This document shows positions 25,853 through 38,543 of a stretch of DNA of 64,000 bases, one piece after another. Location: contig CM022665.1 of NCBI GenBank assembly GCA_012295275.1, positions 3,596,001 through 3,660,000 on the forward strand. Reading direction: 5' to 3'. The notes under the pieces were generated by a model. That model was given only the letters and a program-made list of their open reading frames with translations. It was not told where the DNA came from and ran no database searches. The stretch is from Chrysomallon squamiferum (lineage: Eukaryota > Animalia > Mollusca). A program made the position numbers and the translations under genes. How positions within the stretch are numbered: the first letter of the stretch is position 1; each line of letters starts with the position of its first letter.

Positions 25853-28800
25853 TTAGTCCCAGTATTTGATCACACCATCCCAACCGCAAGTAGCAACTTT
25901 AGATGTCTCATGCGGATGCCAGAGAACTCCAATGCATACGTCATCATGTGCCTTCCACTTGCTGTACAGTTTTGTGCTTTTCCAGTCCCAGATAAACAGC
26001 TTGCCATCTGCATCTCCGGATATGATGTAGCTGAAAAGAAAATCAATATGAACTAGCTGCACGTGATTATTTCATGACGAAAGAATTTTTTTTTTTTTTC
26101 TAAACTTAGATATTTTTCTATCAAGTTTTTTTTTTTTTCTTCCTTTTTTTTTTTTTTTTTTTTTATATATATATATATATAAAAAAGACTAATATTTAAA
26201 TAAAATCTAAAATTTCACCATTTTATTCCTCAGCAAATTTATTAAGATTAAATGAAAAATATAGAAATAGAAATATTTTATAATTTCTTACCTCATATCT
26301 GGTGAAAAATCTACACAGCAGGCATAACCAGCCACCTGTAAGAATTTTATAAAGTCAGATGAATAATTGTTAATTTTAATCAGTAAACAGTAATTGAATC
26401 CAATTCAACATGCTATTATTTAAAATCCAGAGTGTTTTGGAAACCCAATTATTTTCATAAATAGGTTTATGTATATTTAGTTTAATTTTAATATTTTACA
26501 ATTTTTAATAAATGTTTTCCTTAAAAATAAATCATGTTGACTGCAGTCTGTACCTAAGCACTTTGGATAAAGAATGTTTGTTAATGATAAAACTTGGAAT
26601 GATAGTTGAATTATTTTAGAAACTTGGCACTTCTTACTTAATTATGTGAAATATAAATTAACAAGAAGTAAAACTAAAGTAAAAAATTACTGTTACAAGT
26701 TCGGGTATTTTTATGAATTAATTTTAAGATAAAAACGTGGGAATTTTCTATCTGTGTAATGAAGCAAGAAGAAAAAGAAAAAACACTGAGAAGAATTACA
26801 GGTTAAAAGTGTATGTAATATCAAATCTTACCATGTGGCCAGTGAATGTTTTCTTTCTCATGAACTTGAAGCGGTTGAGGACATTAAAAACACAAATCTT
26901 GTTGTCCATGGATTGACAGGCAAGCCATTTACCTGTAACAAATAAAGTTTTAATCCAACATAACTTATATAAGACACATCTACACCCACAATCTCAAACA
27001 CACACACACACACACACAGATATATCTATACATATATACACATGTATATACACACAGACAGAGAGTAAAAAGAGAGGAGACAGAGAGATATACAGATATA
27101 TACATACTAAAAGAAACATATTAAAGTTTTAAACACAGTACTGAATACCATTCATACAATCAAGATAACCGTTTTTTGGATATAATATATGATGTCAAAT
27201 AATCTTATTAAAATAACGATAACAATTATTCTTGATAATATTCTTGTAAAATAATAGTAGTCAAAATGTTTTAAATTGTCTTAATTTTTAATGAGCATCT
27301 TCCTTACCATTTGGTGATAATGTTGTTGATGGCATGGAATGCATGGATGGATCAGCAATGTATTTAAAATCCACAGGTATATCCCTAAAAATGAACGAAC
27401 AAAAAATTATAATTTATAAATTCAGTAGATTATGTATCTCATTATAAAATGATTATTCAGAAACAAATTAGGAAGAAAATAAAAAATAAAAAAAAAAAAA
27501 AATAAAAATAAAAATAAAAAAAAAAAAAATAAAAATAAAAAATAAAAAAAATAAAAATAAAAATAAAAAAAAAAAAAAAAATAAAAATAAAAATAAAAAT
27601 AAAAATAAAAATAAAAATAAACAAAATTAAAAAGAAAAAATTTAATTGAGTTTTCTTTTTTACAAATTTCAGTACTAAGGTTAGTATGTGTAGATTTAAT
27701 CAAGTAAAAAATAATATTAATCTCTCATGAATAAAACCTTTCAGTAACATAAACTGATTTTAAAATTATTTATAAACTAAATCAAATTATTACCTGCTTT
27801 ACACATATCACGATTTTACAAAAATTATCAAATAAATTGATATATTTTAGTAATCCAAAAAAAAAAAAAAAAAAATGTTATAATAATTTTTTTTTTAAAT
27901 AACACTCCTAAATTAACCTTCAGTATTATGACATGATTTCTTAATAAATAGTTAACTACTAACCATTCCCAGACTCGAAGACTCTTGTCATCTGATGTGC
28001 TCACAAATCTTCTATTCTGATCAACAAATGTTATAGAATTCACAGCACCAAGATGTCGGTCGTATTCTTGAACTATTTCACCAGACCGAATGTCCCACTA
28101 AGCAGTAAAAAAAAATTACAAGGAAATTTTAAATATTACAAATTTACAATTAGAATAATAAATAAGCTAATCAACAAATGTTATAGAATTAACAGCACCA
28201 AGATGCTGAACTGCTGAACTATTTTACCAGTCCAAATGCCACAATGAAAAATAAATATAAATTAATTAATTATTAAAGAAATTTTGAATATTAATTATAA
28301 ATTCACAACTGGAATAATTAAATAACATAATCAGTGCACTGTTTTTGTCACTGGACTATGTTTAACAGTAAAAATGTTATGTAAAAATACTCACACAAAC
28401 AATTTTCTTGTCGGATGTACCAGCAACAAAGAGATGTTGTTTGTCTTCATCAGGATGATACTTGATACAGTAAGGAACTTTACGACTTGTGAATCTTGAC
28501 TTGCACTCACCTAGAGGCAAAATGTAAAATAAAAAAAATTCATAAAATTACTTGAGCTTTAGAAATATGCCAAAAATATCATGGTTATATATGTGTTTTT
28601 CTACAGTTTCATTGCATGTAGATGTAATAATGAAAGTATATTTTACATATTAACATCAATCAAAACTATTCTGAACAGAACTGTCTGTAAAATGATCTCA
28701 AATAATTATAAGTTTAATATTTATTAGTTTAGGAAATAGATTTTGCCTATAATGAAATAATACATCTATGTATGTATTTCTTGAAATATTCTGTGAGTTT

Positions 28801-31800
28801 TAAAACAAATGAGTTCACGCTACCTGTTTCTGTATCCCACAGTCGGCAGTATCTGTCATATCCACAACTGAGAAACTCATTTCCACTGTTGTTAAATGTT
28901 ATGTCACGTACAGCCTGTTTGTGCCCTATGTAACTCCTTATACACCGTCTTTCATTGTACACCTCCCATATCTGAAACAAAAGTTCATATTTCACAGAAC
29001 TGATAAAATTAAACACATAAACTGACAGAAACCTTTGCAAGTAAAGAAATGATTGCAGCTAAAAACAGTATCTTCCTTATATCCCAAACAGAAAATTCTA
29101 TTTTTTTTTTTTTTTTAAATAAATGAACTAAGGATTTTTGTCTAACTAAGGACAACATCAAGGAATGGACTAAGCTGAACACAGTAACAATACGTCAGAA
29201 GGCAGAAGAAAGAATTCTACAGGCATGTGTCACAAATACCAATTGTCATGGTGGGTTGGATAGGTAAGATACATTAGATGTACATTAATGAGGTTTTGTT
29301 AAACCTGTACAAGAATAAATGATGGACAGACGTTTCATCCAATGCACACAGTTCACCAAATATCTGCATTAAAAAAAAAATCCAACATTTATTCAAGATC
29401 TTAATAAAAAAAAAATCAAACAAATGTAAGAACTTTTACTTCTGCTCCTGGTGAAATCTGTAATACACAGACAAACTGCTGAGATTCATATTCATTTCTG
29501 TATATCATAAAGTGACAGCTTTTAGACAAATGAATTTTTTGCAAACTCACCTTTATTTTGCAGTCCATGCTGCAAGACAGCAATAAATGTGCAGTCTGTG
29601 GAAACCACCGAATGGCAGCAACACCTTTTGAGTGACCTGTCCAGGTATGGATCTGTTTTTTGGGCAGGAAACACTTCTCGGGTGGATATTCAGATTTGAG
29701 GTTAACACCAACGTCTTGTGGTGCATGAAGAAATGAACGGCCTTGGTAGTCATAGGCATCTTTAACTGGAAATAAGATTTAAATTTGTTTTAAATATTAA
29801 CAATAAAATCACAACAGTATCTATTAATAATCGAAGTTAAAATTTGTAAAAAAGCTATTATTAATCCTTCAAATCCCATTTGTTTTACTAATGTCCTTCT
29901 TTCTCAGGACTCATCCCTTTATAATACATGCGTTCAAACATCACCTTCTCATTTTCTTATTAATCTTATTTTCTTTCTCCACTTAAATGAAAGTACTTTT
30001 ATAATATTATTTTACTTTTTTAGAAGGTAGTCTAAAATTACTGTGGCTAACAAAATTGGATCCCAATGTAAAGTATATCATTTTTTCGCTAAATTGTAAA
30101 AGAAATAAAATAAAATTAACATATAATGCGACATGTCTTTATCAAATGAATGAGTCTATGTAACAACCTGATCTTATCATTTACCATGAGACTTTTTATC
30201 TGAATTCAGTAAATATTACTGAATCGGGGAGAACATTTTCTGTCTTACTCTTAGGCTGGCAAATATGTGTGGGCATTTGGTCCATAAAATTTAACAGTTT
30301 TTATACATGCACGGGCTGGCAATTCTCAGTAAATTCAAACCCCAAATGTTTATATGTACATTAATATTTTACTTACTGTGTAATGTTGTTTTCTCTTCCA
30401 TTGCTTTTTCTTCAACTTGTTTTCCTGCCTTGCTACGTTTAGCTAATATCACATCCAGCTCTTTTTGTTCCTCCTGTGAAAACACACAATGAAAACACAC
30501 ATTAGACAAATGTTTTTTTTTGTTGCTGGTTTTTTTTTATTTTTTTCAGTATTAATAATTTCATAACACATTTTAATTTTGCATCTTGTTCTGAAGAAAT
30601 ACAAACCCTGTGTTAAGGATGGAAAACCTGTGTCATGGATGTTAAAAATTATGTTCTTTTACAATAGCAATATAAGAAAAAGAAGAAGAAGAAGCTCAAA
30701 AGTAAAACATAACTTAACAACAGCATTTTACTAAACACATTTACAAAAACTGAATAAATCTTTCTAGCCTCAACATATTTTTTTCAAAGAAAACTACTTT
30801 ATAAAACTGTATTTGTTCTTTTTTCTTCAAAATATGGAAATATTCTCCATACATTGTAAAGTGGACCTTTAACCACATAACTTGAAAATATGGAAAATCT
30901 ATTTAGTTATTTGTACCTCTACAGGTATTCTAGTCTCTAAAACAAATCAGTTGATTATACAGGAGAAAAACTACTTTACTGAAAAAAGGAGAAATGCCAA
31001 CTGCAGGAAAACAGTCAACTTTAAAATGTTTTAATATTGTAACAAAACGAACTACATTTATGTACTATCTAATTTAAAACTGAAGGATAAAATTACTCAC
31101 CTCACTTGGCTTCATCACAGTTTTCTCATCAGTGTATTTTCCCCATGGACCAAGGTAACCCTCAATATCTGCTGGATCTCGATTTGTCACCTTCTTTCTT
31201 TTCATACCTTTCTGTTTATTAGATTCAAACACAGTCAAACCTGATAATAAATAAACAAATTATTGGTTAGTAAAATAAACATAATTTGTTTTTAAACATT
31301 TATATATTATTACTACCTTTTATCTTTTTTTTCTTTACAAACAAATTATTGTTGAGTAAAACTAAATATTGGTTCAGATTTGTATTTTAATTGTATCATT
31401 TTGAAATCAAATTGAAAAACAAATGATATATATATATTTTTTTTTTTATTTCAGTAAACATCCTCCTTCTGACTGCTAGACAGAAAATTTATTACTGATA
31501 CAATAAATAACAAGTAAACAATAATTTAATAAACAAACATATATAATGAATTAACAAGTTATAATAAATAAATAAATAAATCTATCAAAATACATTTGCT
31601 CTCTTCAGCAGCTTTTGTGTCACCAACAACAACTTCATCAGCAACTTCCTTGTCCACACTTGGGTCCACAGCATAACCTGTAATTACAAATAGTGGATTT
31701 TAGTTTAAATGGCTGACAGACTGTAACAATTAACATGCTAATCAGAGAAGCTGTTAGAAGCTGTGAAGGATATTAGGATGCCTGTGACAGTCACACTCTT

Positions 31801-34654
31801 TGACAAAGGCAAGAGGTGTGTCTGGTTAAATATATATTTAAAAAACTCTTAAGCTCAAGACAATTGCTGTGTCATACCCCGAGAAAAATAATCATAAAAC
31901 TATAAATTGTAACAATTGCTAAACTTTATTTAAGATATTAATGAGGTTTATTTATGTGACATAGCATAAAAGATCAATTCTTTTTCTAACCAATATTTTT
32001 TTTTTGGCTTTCACAGAATTTAGGAATATTTTAGTATCTCAAGGCTTTTAAAATTCTTTTTGTGAGAAAAAGGATTAAAATATCCATTGAAATATAAATT
32101 TAGCAATATATACAAATGGTCAAATTATAAGTTATTGTTTTATTTGTTATTAGCAATTAATCTTTCCTAACAATAAAGGATGATAATCAAATAGTTTTAT
32201 TAAGTTCACAAGGATGCATAGATGCTGATATTGACATTTTCCTTTTGAATTGTGATAAAAATTATAAATAAAAAAAATAAAAAAATAATAATAATAAAAA
32301 AATAAGGGTTTTCAAATATAATACATATGAGAATAATTCTTTGGAAACAATGAGAATAATTCTTCAAAAAGACCAACTTTTTGGTCATGTGAACATTTGG
32401 TTTGAGTTTTAAATTTAATTATTATTTTCAATAAATGTAACAATTCCTACCAAAACTGGTGAATGTTCTTCTCTGGTTCTCAAACTGAAACTCGTTGAAG
32501 TGTGCTTCCTCCACGTAGCCTGCCAGCATGTTTCTATTTGCTGAAAACTGCTGAGTTTTAAATGGGTTTAATGGTCCAGCCTGGAGAGTGATATCAAATT
32601 ACAATTAAGCAAGTTAAAGGAAAAAAAAAAAAAAAAAATTGAAATGATAAATTTATTTTGTTTAAATATTTACACAATACACAGTAATAAAGTTCTATTA
32701 TTAATGTACCTCTTTTTCAAATGATATTTATTTGTGAATCACTTTATTATTTCAGTTAAATATTAATTTATTAGGTGTCAGAAAACAACAACAACAACAA
32801 CAACTCTTCCTGAGAAATGAAATGAATTTTCATCAACACATCAATGATAAAACACTGAAGCGAGAACTAGTACATCTGTTACATAACCAGTTGACCTTGG
32901 TGTATGAAGTCAATGGTTTGTGTTTTCCTGTCTGTGGACAGGCACATATAAAGAATCTCCTGTTGCTGATAAGCAAGCAGCCAGTTTCCTCTCTCACATT
33001 ATCATACAAAACCAAATATTTTACATCTAATAATCATTAATAAGCTGAGATGTACTGAAGTGTCATTAAACAAATATTTATTTGTTATTTTAAACATGAT
33101 TACACTAAATTTTTCATTTTGTTTTTGACATGTATTATAATAATTAGTTGATGTTAAATCTTACCTCAGGAGCATACAGCTCTTCAAATTTAGGGTTATA
33201 TTTGATTTCTTTCACTGTTTTGTCAATGACCCGTGTCTTCCCAAGATCCTAAAATAAAATATGAAATCAACACAAAATGATAATCTTTAAACATTTCTTA
33301 AATTAAAAAAAAGTAATTCAAATTTCAATGATTGTAGTCTGCCAAATTTCATACAAATGTTTAGAGTAGCAGGCACTCAATTTTGGACACCAAAATGTGG
33401 GGTGTTCTCAGTAAATGATGTGGCCATAGTCATTGCTGATGCTACCAGTGTCTGAAAAATTTGATGTTTTATTTATTTTCTTAGATCTAGTAATTATTTG
33501 GTACAATATTCCAATTTCTGATAAAGATGTTGGTTATGAAAATAATTCTTAGCAAGTCAGATTTTTATGAACGTTTTTTTTTATATCTATATAATGAAGT
33601 CATACGGCAAATTAATGGTAGTTAATGTTATTAAACAAAAATAATAATAATAATGTTAGAAGCATGCTTGAAAATGTAAATGCCTCCACAATTATAAGCT
33701 GATATTTTTGTATACTGGTTTAATTTTTATGGAGTTTTGGAGAATTACATAATTAAGGCATAAGGTACATATGAGCTAATTAGTGCAGTTAATTAATTAA
33801 CTAAAATTTAGAATGGTTTAGTAACATGCTTTAAAATACTGCATAGCTCAAGAACTTGTCTAAAGCTTCATTTTGATATGTATACAATTTCAGTCAATAT
33901 GAGATATTCAGTGTTTATGTTGCCAAATGGAAGAAATCAATCACAGTTTGTTCACATATTCTAACAGAAAAATACCAGCAAAATTTTATTCAGATAAAAA
34001 TTCTTAACTTTTTTCATATCATTGCCATCAAAGATATTTTGGTGTCATTTTAATCTGGGGTTTTTTCTTATGATATATAATTTTATAGAAAAATATCAAA
34101 AAAAACCCCAAAACAACCCCCCTCCTGTCTCATGCCTATTAGTATTAACTACTTACTATTACATAATATTAGCAATTAAACTTCAGTATAATAAAAACTT
34201 ATGAATTAAGTTTTAAATACCAAATAAATAATTTAAAATTACTTAAACTTTGTTAAAGCGTTTATACGTGGTGTTACTATTATCTAATCAAAATTATAAA
34301 AAAAACCTTTTAACTTAGGTTCAAACTGTTCAATAGTAAAAAAAAAAAAAAAAAAAGAAGAAGTAGTATTGAAGTTACTTTTAAGTACTTATAGTTTTAA
34401 TACTTTTAGTTTTTACAGACATAACTGTAAGTTGTAACAATAACATTATACATACAATGAAAATTGAATAAAATTATAATACATACATTTGAAACAACAA
34501 CTGGTGCGGCATTTAACGCAATGGTTGATGATATACTGTTGTTTTTGTTAACTGGCTGTAAATGAGCGGTAAATTCTTCAGGTTTTTCTTCTGTTTCACT
34601 GTCATCGTCACTAGAACTGCTTTTGTAATCATTTAAACGTAGTAAAGATGCCAT
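25853..34654 (-). CDS. CDC40: Pre-mRNA-processing factor 17 (CDC40/PRP17), WD40 splicing factor, 571 aa; exons 34654-34487, 33248-33165, 32580-32451, 31677-31594, 31240-31101, 30473-30377, 29765-29551, 28971-28824, 28510-28395, 28097-27964, 27384-27308, 26932-26832, 26335-26292, 26030-25853
   Basis: Hallmark peptides [124 protein letters not shown] and [22 protein letters not shown]. Thirteen GT-AG introns with consistent phase; 1716 nt total. Confidence 0.97.
27476..27620. repeat. (AAAAAT)n / poly-A low-complexity tract in a CDC40 intron
   Basis: Directly visible. It explains the F/Y-rich spurious ORF 27422-27703. Confidence 0.9.
28171..28326 (-). pseudogene. Degenerate tandem duplicate of part of CDC40 exon 10 plus adjacent intron (period 150 bp)
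   Basis: 28171 TCAACAAATGTTATAGAATTAACAGCACCAAGATG versus 28021 TCAACAAATGTTATAGAATTCACAGCACCAAGATG. Similarity continues with indels through GAACTATTT..CCAG..AATG and the flanking intron. Confidence 0.85.
29148..29270 (+). mobile_element. 3' fragment of an RTE-clade LINE in a CDC40 intron
   Basis: Translates [22 protein letters not shown], matching the RTE C-terminal pattern WxDNIKEWTGL...RxAxDR. Confidence 0.5.
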
Positions 34655-35121
34655 TTTCTTAAGTGTATGTTTCGATTTGTAATAATGTTACGAAATTCAA
34701 AATTAGGAACTAAATGGCATCTGGACAATCGTGGCTTGGATAGTTAGACTGGTACATCCAAATAATTATTTTGATTAAACAGTTCTAAAATTGAGGATAT
34801 ATAATTATAAAGCGCTATATATTTCAAATACCAGTTAAGATTCAGTTCGGGAGAAACACAATAATTCATGCTACAGATGATATCCAAAAGTATAATAATT
34901 TAATGTTTGTTTTACCAAAATGAAATTACAGCCATAATAAGGTTATGTTGTATAAACCTATATTTATTAATAAGATGAAAACATTAAAGAAAGCATTGGA
35001 TATTATAGCTATTATTGCATTAGAAAAAATGGCGACAAAAAGGGAACATTTTCTGGGTAAAAAAAAGTAACTCTGACATTTGCGTAATTAGAAGCGATAA
35101 CCTTGTTATTCTTTCGTTATT

Positions 35122-35171
<50 letters not shown>

Positions 35172-36121
35172 TCACACTGATACTACATTCCTAGAAAATA
35201 ATAAAGTAAAAAGAACAGATTAAATGAAATTTTATTGACTAACAAGAACATAGTAATTTACATAAAATGTATTATTTTTTTTTTATTGTATTTTATTTTT
35301 AATTATTAAACTATTCAGTTGGACATAAATTACTGGTACACAGTTGTTAAATATATATGAACGTTATCTAACCTGTACAACACCCATTTCTAAATCAGTT
35401 TCTAAACTGAATTACTTGATCCTGCCATTTTATTCTGATTATTACGGCTTGTTTCACTAGCATTATTTAAACATTATAATAACAAAAGACATAAATGAAA
35501 TTTAAGATAATGTTAAACTAAGTTATACTTTAATTAACTAGTGCAATACAAAAATATATTTGACTATTTATTCATATACACTGTAATAAACTGGAAATGG
35601 AATTTTGTTGTTTTTGTTTCTTTGTATATTTTATTTTTATTTTAAAGGAAGGATTTGTTTGGCATGATTGATTCAAGTCTTGACAAACAGTGATAATGAT
35701 AATAATAATAATAATAATAATACATTCATGATACTGTTTTTAAATTTTGTACGATTATAAAACGGATTTAAAGTTTCATTTCTAGGATACTTTTGACACT
35801 GAATTGTATATTAATGTTTCAAAACCATTCCAACCTCTCGAACTGAATTTTTGGTAAGTAATGATCGGTGAAGTATATTTATTTTTTCATTAATGAAAGT
35901 CTTTATCAACATATTTGGTTTTGTTATCAAATTTATAATAATTCGATATATATTTTTCGATTATTAATAAAACATTAAATTCTCGGTTGACGAGACGTCT
36001 CGAGAATCGCCATTTTGACATTTCCTCCTCTGAGAATGTGACAAATATTTGTGATTTTGAGTTTGTTTTGATTCCACGACATTAAAAAAAAGATGTTATT
36101 TAATATATGTACAGTATTCAG
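34655..36121. promoter_or_regulatory. Putative divergent promoter region between CDC40 and WASF, including a probable non-coding WASF exon 1 ending at donor 36121|GTTAGT
   Basis: Local CpG enrichment. YY1-type motifs AAAATGGCG (35026-35034) and CGCCATTTT (36008-36016) in opposite orientations. Perfect palindrome CGAGACGTCTCG (35991-36002). CAG|GTTAGT donor at 36121. The WASF ATG exon has its own acceptor at 44717, so an upstream UTR exon is expected. Confidence 0.55.
35123..35170. repeat. (CA)n microsatellite
   Basis: Directly visible. Confidence 0.95.
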
Positions 36122-37519
36122 GTTAGTATACAATAATTTGTTTTATATGATAATGCTAAATGTGTTTCTGGGACGATTAAGCGTGACAAGTTTCCAGGGG
36201 CAGGGGTGTGACCTAAATTTGGGATTTTTTCTCTATCGTCTTGTTTGTAAATGAAAACTGTTGATTAAAATTCCCTTGATATGTTCAAATATTTCGAAAA
36301 TATCTGCATTAACAGTATGTTTATACAATATGTAATATCTTTAGCTGTATGTAAGACTGGATGGGAATATTGTAATACATTTCGAGAGAATTGTTCGTAC
36401 TGAAACTACATCAAAATGAAAATTCATTAGTCATACAATGATACACTACAGTGAGTGAAAATAACGGGCTTTCCTAATATAGTCTTTTGTTATTATCATT
36501 CTACTCTCATAGTGTGGAAGCTGTACTGATGATATGAATGAGTTAGATAAATTATTTAAAATTTGCATAGACATTTATGTACACAGTGCTTAATAAACTA
36601 ATACATTAATATTTTCTGTTAACTAGTGATACATATTACTGTGACAGTAAATAGGTTACATATGGGAAAATAGAAAATTTATGATTATAAATATCATGAT
36701 GTTAGAATAGTACATTTCAAACTGCACCTTGATGAACTGTCAAACATTTGGCATTGTTCAGAGTTTGTATCAGAAGGCACAGATGTGTGTATTTGAAGCA
36801 GCTGTGCAGTTATGTCATAAAGTCTGTTGGACTATTGAATGTTGACAATGTATTGCAGCTGGTTGATAAGAGGTACACATGGAAACAAATTGTGGGTCAT
36901 TTAGGGTGACTTTTTTCTCTCAGAATTGTACTTCGTATGATTAAGACTAAATACAAAATGCTATAATTTCTTTTTATGGTGATCATCATTAGCAAGCACA
37001 TCACTGTACCATTTTTTTTTTTTTTTCTAAAAGTTACTGACAGGCTTGTTCTTGTATGTTAGATGATAACTTTATTATGTGTAGGGTTTTTGTTGCAGCA
37101 GTCTTTTTCCCAAGCGTCAGGCAACTTAATTTTTATCAAATGTTCACAAAGGTCATTGATATTGCTGCAGCTAATAGTTACATTATAGTTAATAACTAAT
37201 CAAAACTACATTTCTTTGACTGCTGAGCAAAGCTCCATTTATTGCATTTTTTTTATTTTATCTTGTTGCAGCATTTTTAGATTAAAGTTAAGAAAGTAGA
37301 GATGTCTAATTAACATAACACTCATCTGAAAGCATGGAGTTTTGACTTCAATGCCATGGTAAAATTTGAAGCCTGTTTTTGATATATTCATACGAATCTT
37401 GGAAAACAAGTCAAAGGAAATAAAGTTGTAGAAAAAACCCAAGAAAAAAGAAATGTATTAGCAATGAAAGATAGATTAAACACATTTTGTCGGAGTTTTT
37501 TGTTAATGTTGGTGGTTTA

Positions 37520-38070
37520 GGCAGATGTTCCACCCAATACCACAAAGAAATTCCGACATATTTCCACCACAACTTTGTTTTGGAAGTCGCCTACTTGGTA
37601 TACATGAACCCATCACAACAGATTTTGTTATCACACTTATTGCTATGAATAACTTCCATATTAAACATACTTCTGACACTAGAGCAAGCTGCAGAATATA
37701 TAGTGAAACACATTTTAACCTGGGACATTTTATAAATCATTTACAAAGGAAGCCTTTAGTTTAAATCTGTTTTAATCAGTAAGCTAGACCCAAACATCAC
37801 CCCTGCACAATATGAAGACTCTTTCTTTAATCCTGTCTAATTGATCCTAATTAATAAGTGTTACAAATCACCCCCCCCCTGCACAATATGAAGACTCTTT
37901 CTTTAATCTAGCCTAATTGACCTAATCAATAAGCTTAACAATTACCCCATACATACTATGATGCCACATTCAGTATTCTTCAAACCCATACATTTTGTTA
38001 TGTAAAAATTGTGACTTTTTCCTGTGATGTTTTTTCCTATACTAAAGTGTGACTTTTCCCAGCCACCATT
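37520..38070 (-). mobile_element. Decayed FLYWCH-containing (Mutator/MULE-like) transposon 5' end
   Basis: The minus strand from 37659 reads MEVIHSNKCDNKICCDGFMYTK*ATSKTKLWWKYV, resembling the FLYWCH N-terminus SxxGxxxLxxDG(Y/F)xY...WxC with an internal stop. It is preceded by repeated GGAAAAAACATCACAGGAAAAAGTCACA terminal-type motifs (38008-38062). Confidence 0.45.
37796..37950. repeat. Tandem duplication, 2 x ~75 bp
   Basis: CCCCTGCACAATATGAAGACTCTTTCTTTAATC occurs at about 37800 and 37876. Confidence 0.85.
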
Positions 38071-38465
38071 CATACATGGTATAGATGTGCATAAACCCCA
38101 AAACTGACATGGAGGACTATTTAAAATTAAATTTGTTTAATTTCTTAAAATAATTTTATTAGATTGTTATTGATGTGGAAAACATCATAGTCTAAGATTA
38201 CCACTTGTTTAACACAATTGTTTGAGTAGCATGGCACAATATTGTGTCATAAAATTAAATCATCTGTCCTATGGGGATATGCACCATGCATGCATTTCTT
38301 ATTTTTTTACCTTGTAGTTTACTCTTTTTTTAATCAACATTCTACTTACCTTTTCTGAGACAACTGATCTTACTTTATAGATAAAAGAAGAATCTGTATT
38401 AAAAAAAAATGAACTTCTAATGGCAGTCTTAATAAAAAATATCCTTTTATTTATAGAAATTCTGA

Positions 38466-38543
38466 ACTTTATATTTATCCTAATGTATGTAAAGAATTTT
38501 TGGTACTTTATATTTATCCTAATGTATGTAAAGAATTTTTGGT
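38466..38543. repeat. Perfect tandem duplication, 2 x 39 bp
   Basis: ACTTTATATTTATCCTAATGTATGTAAAGAATTTTTGGT occurs twice in a row. Confidence 0.9.
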
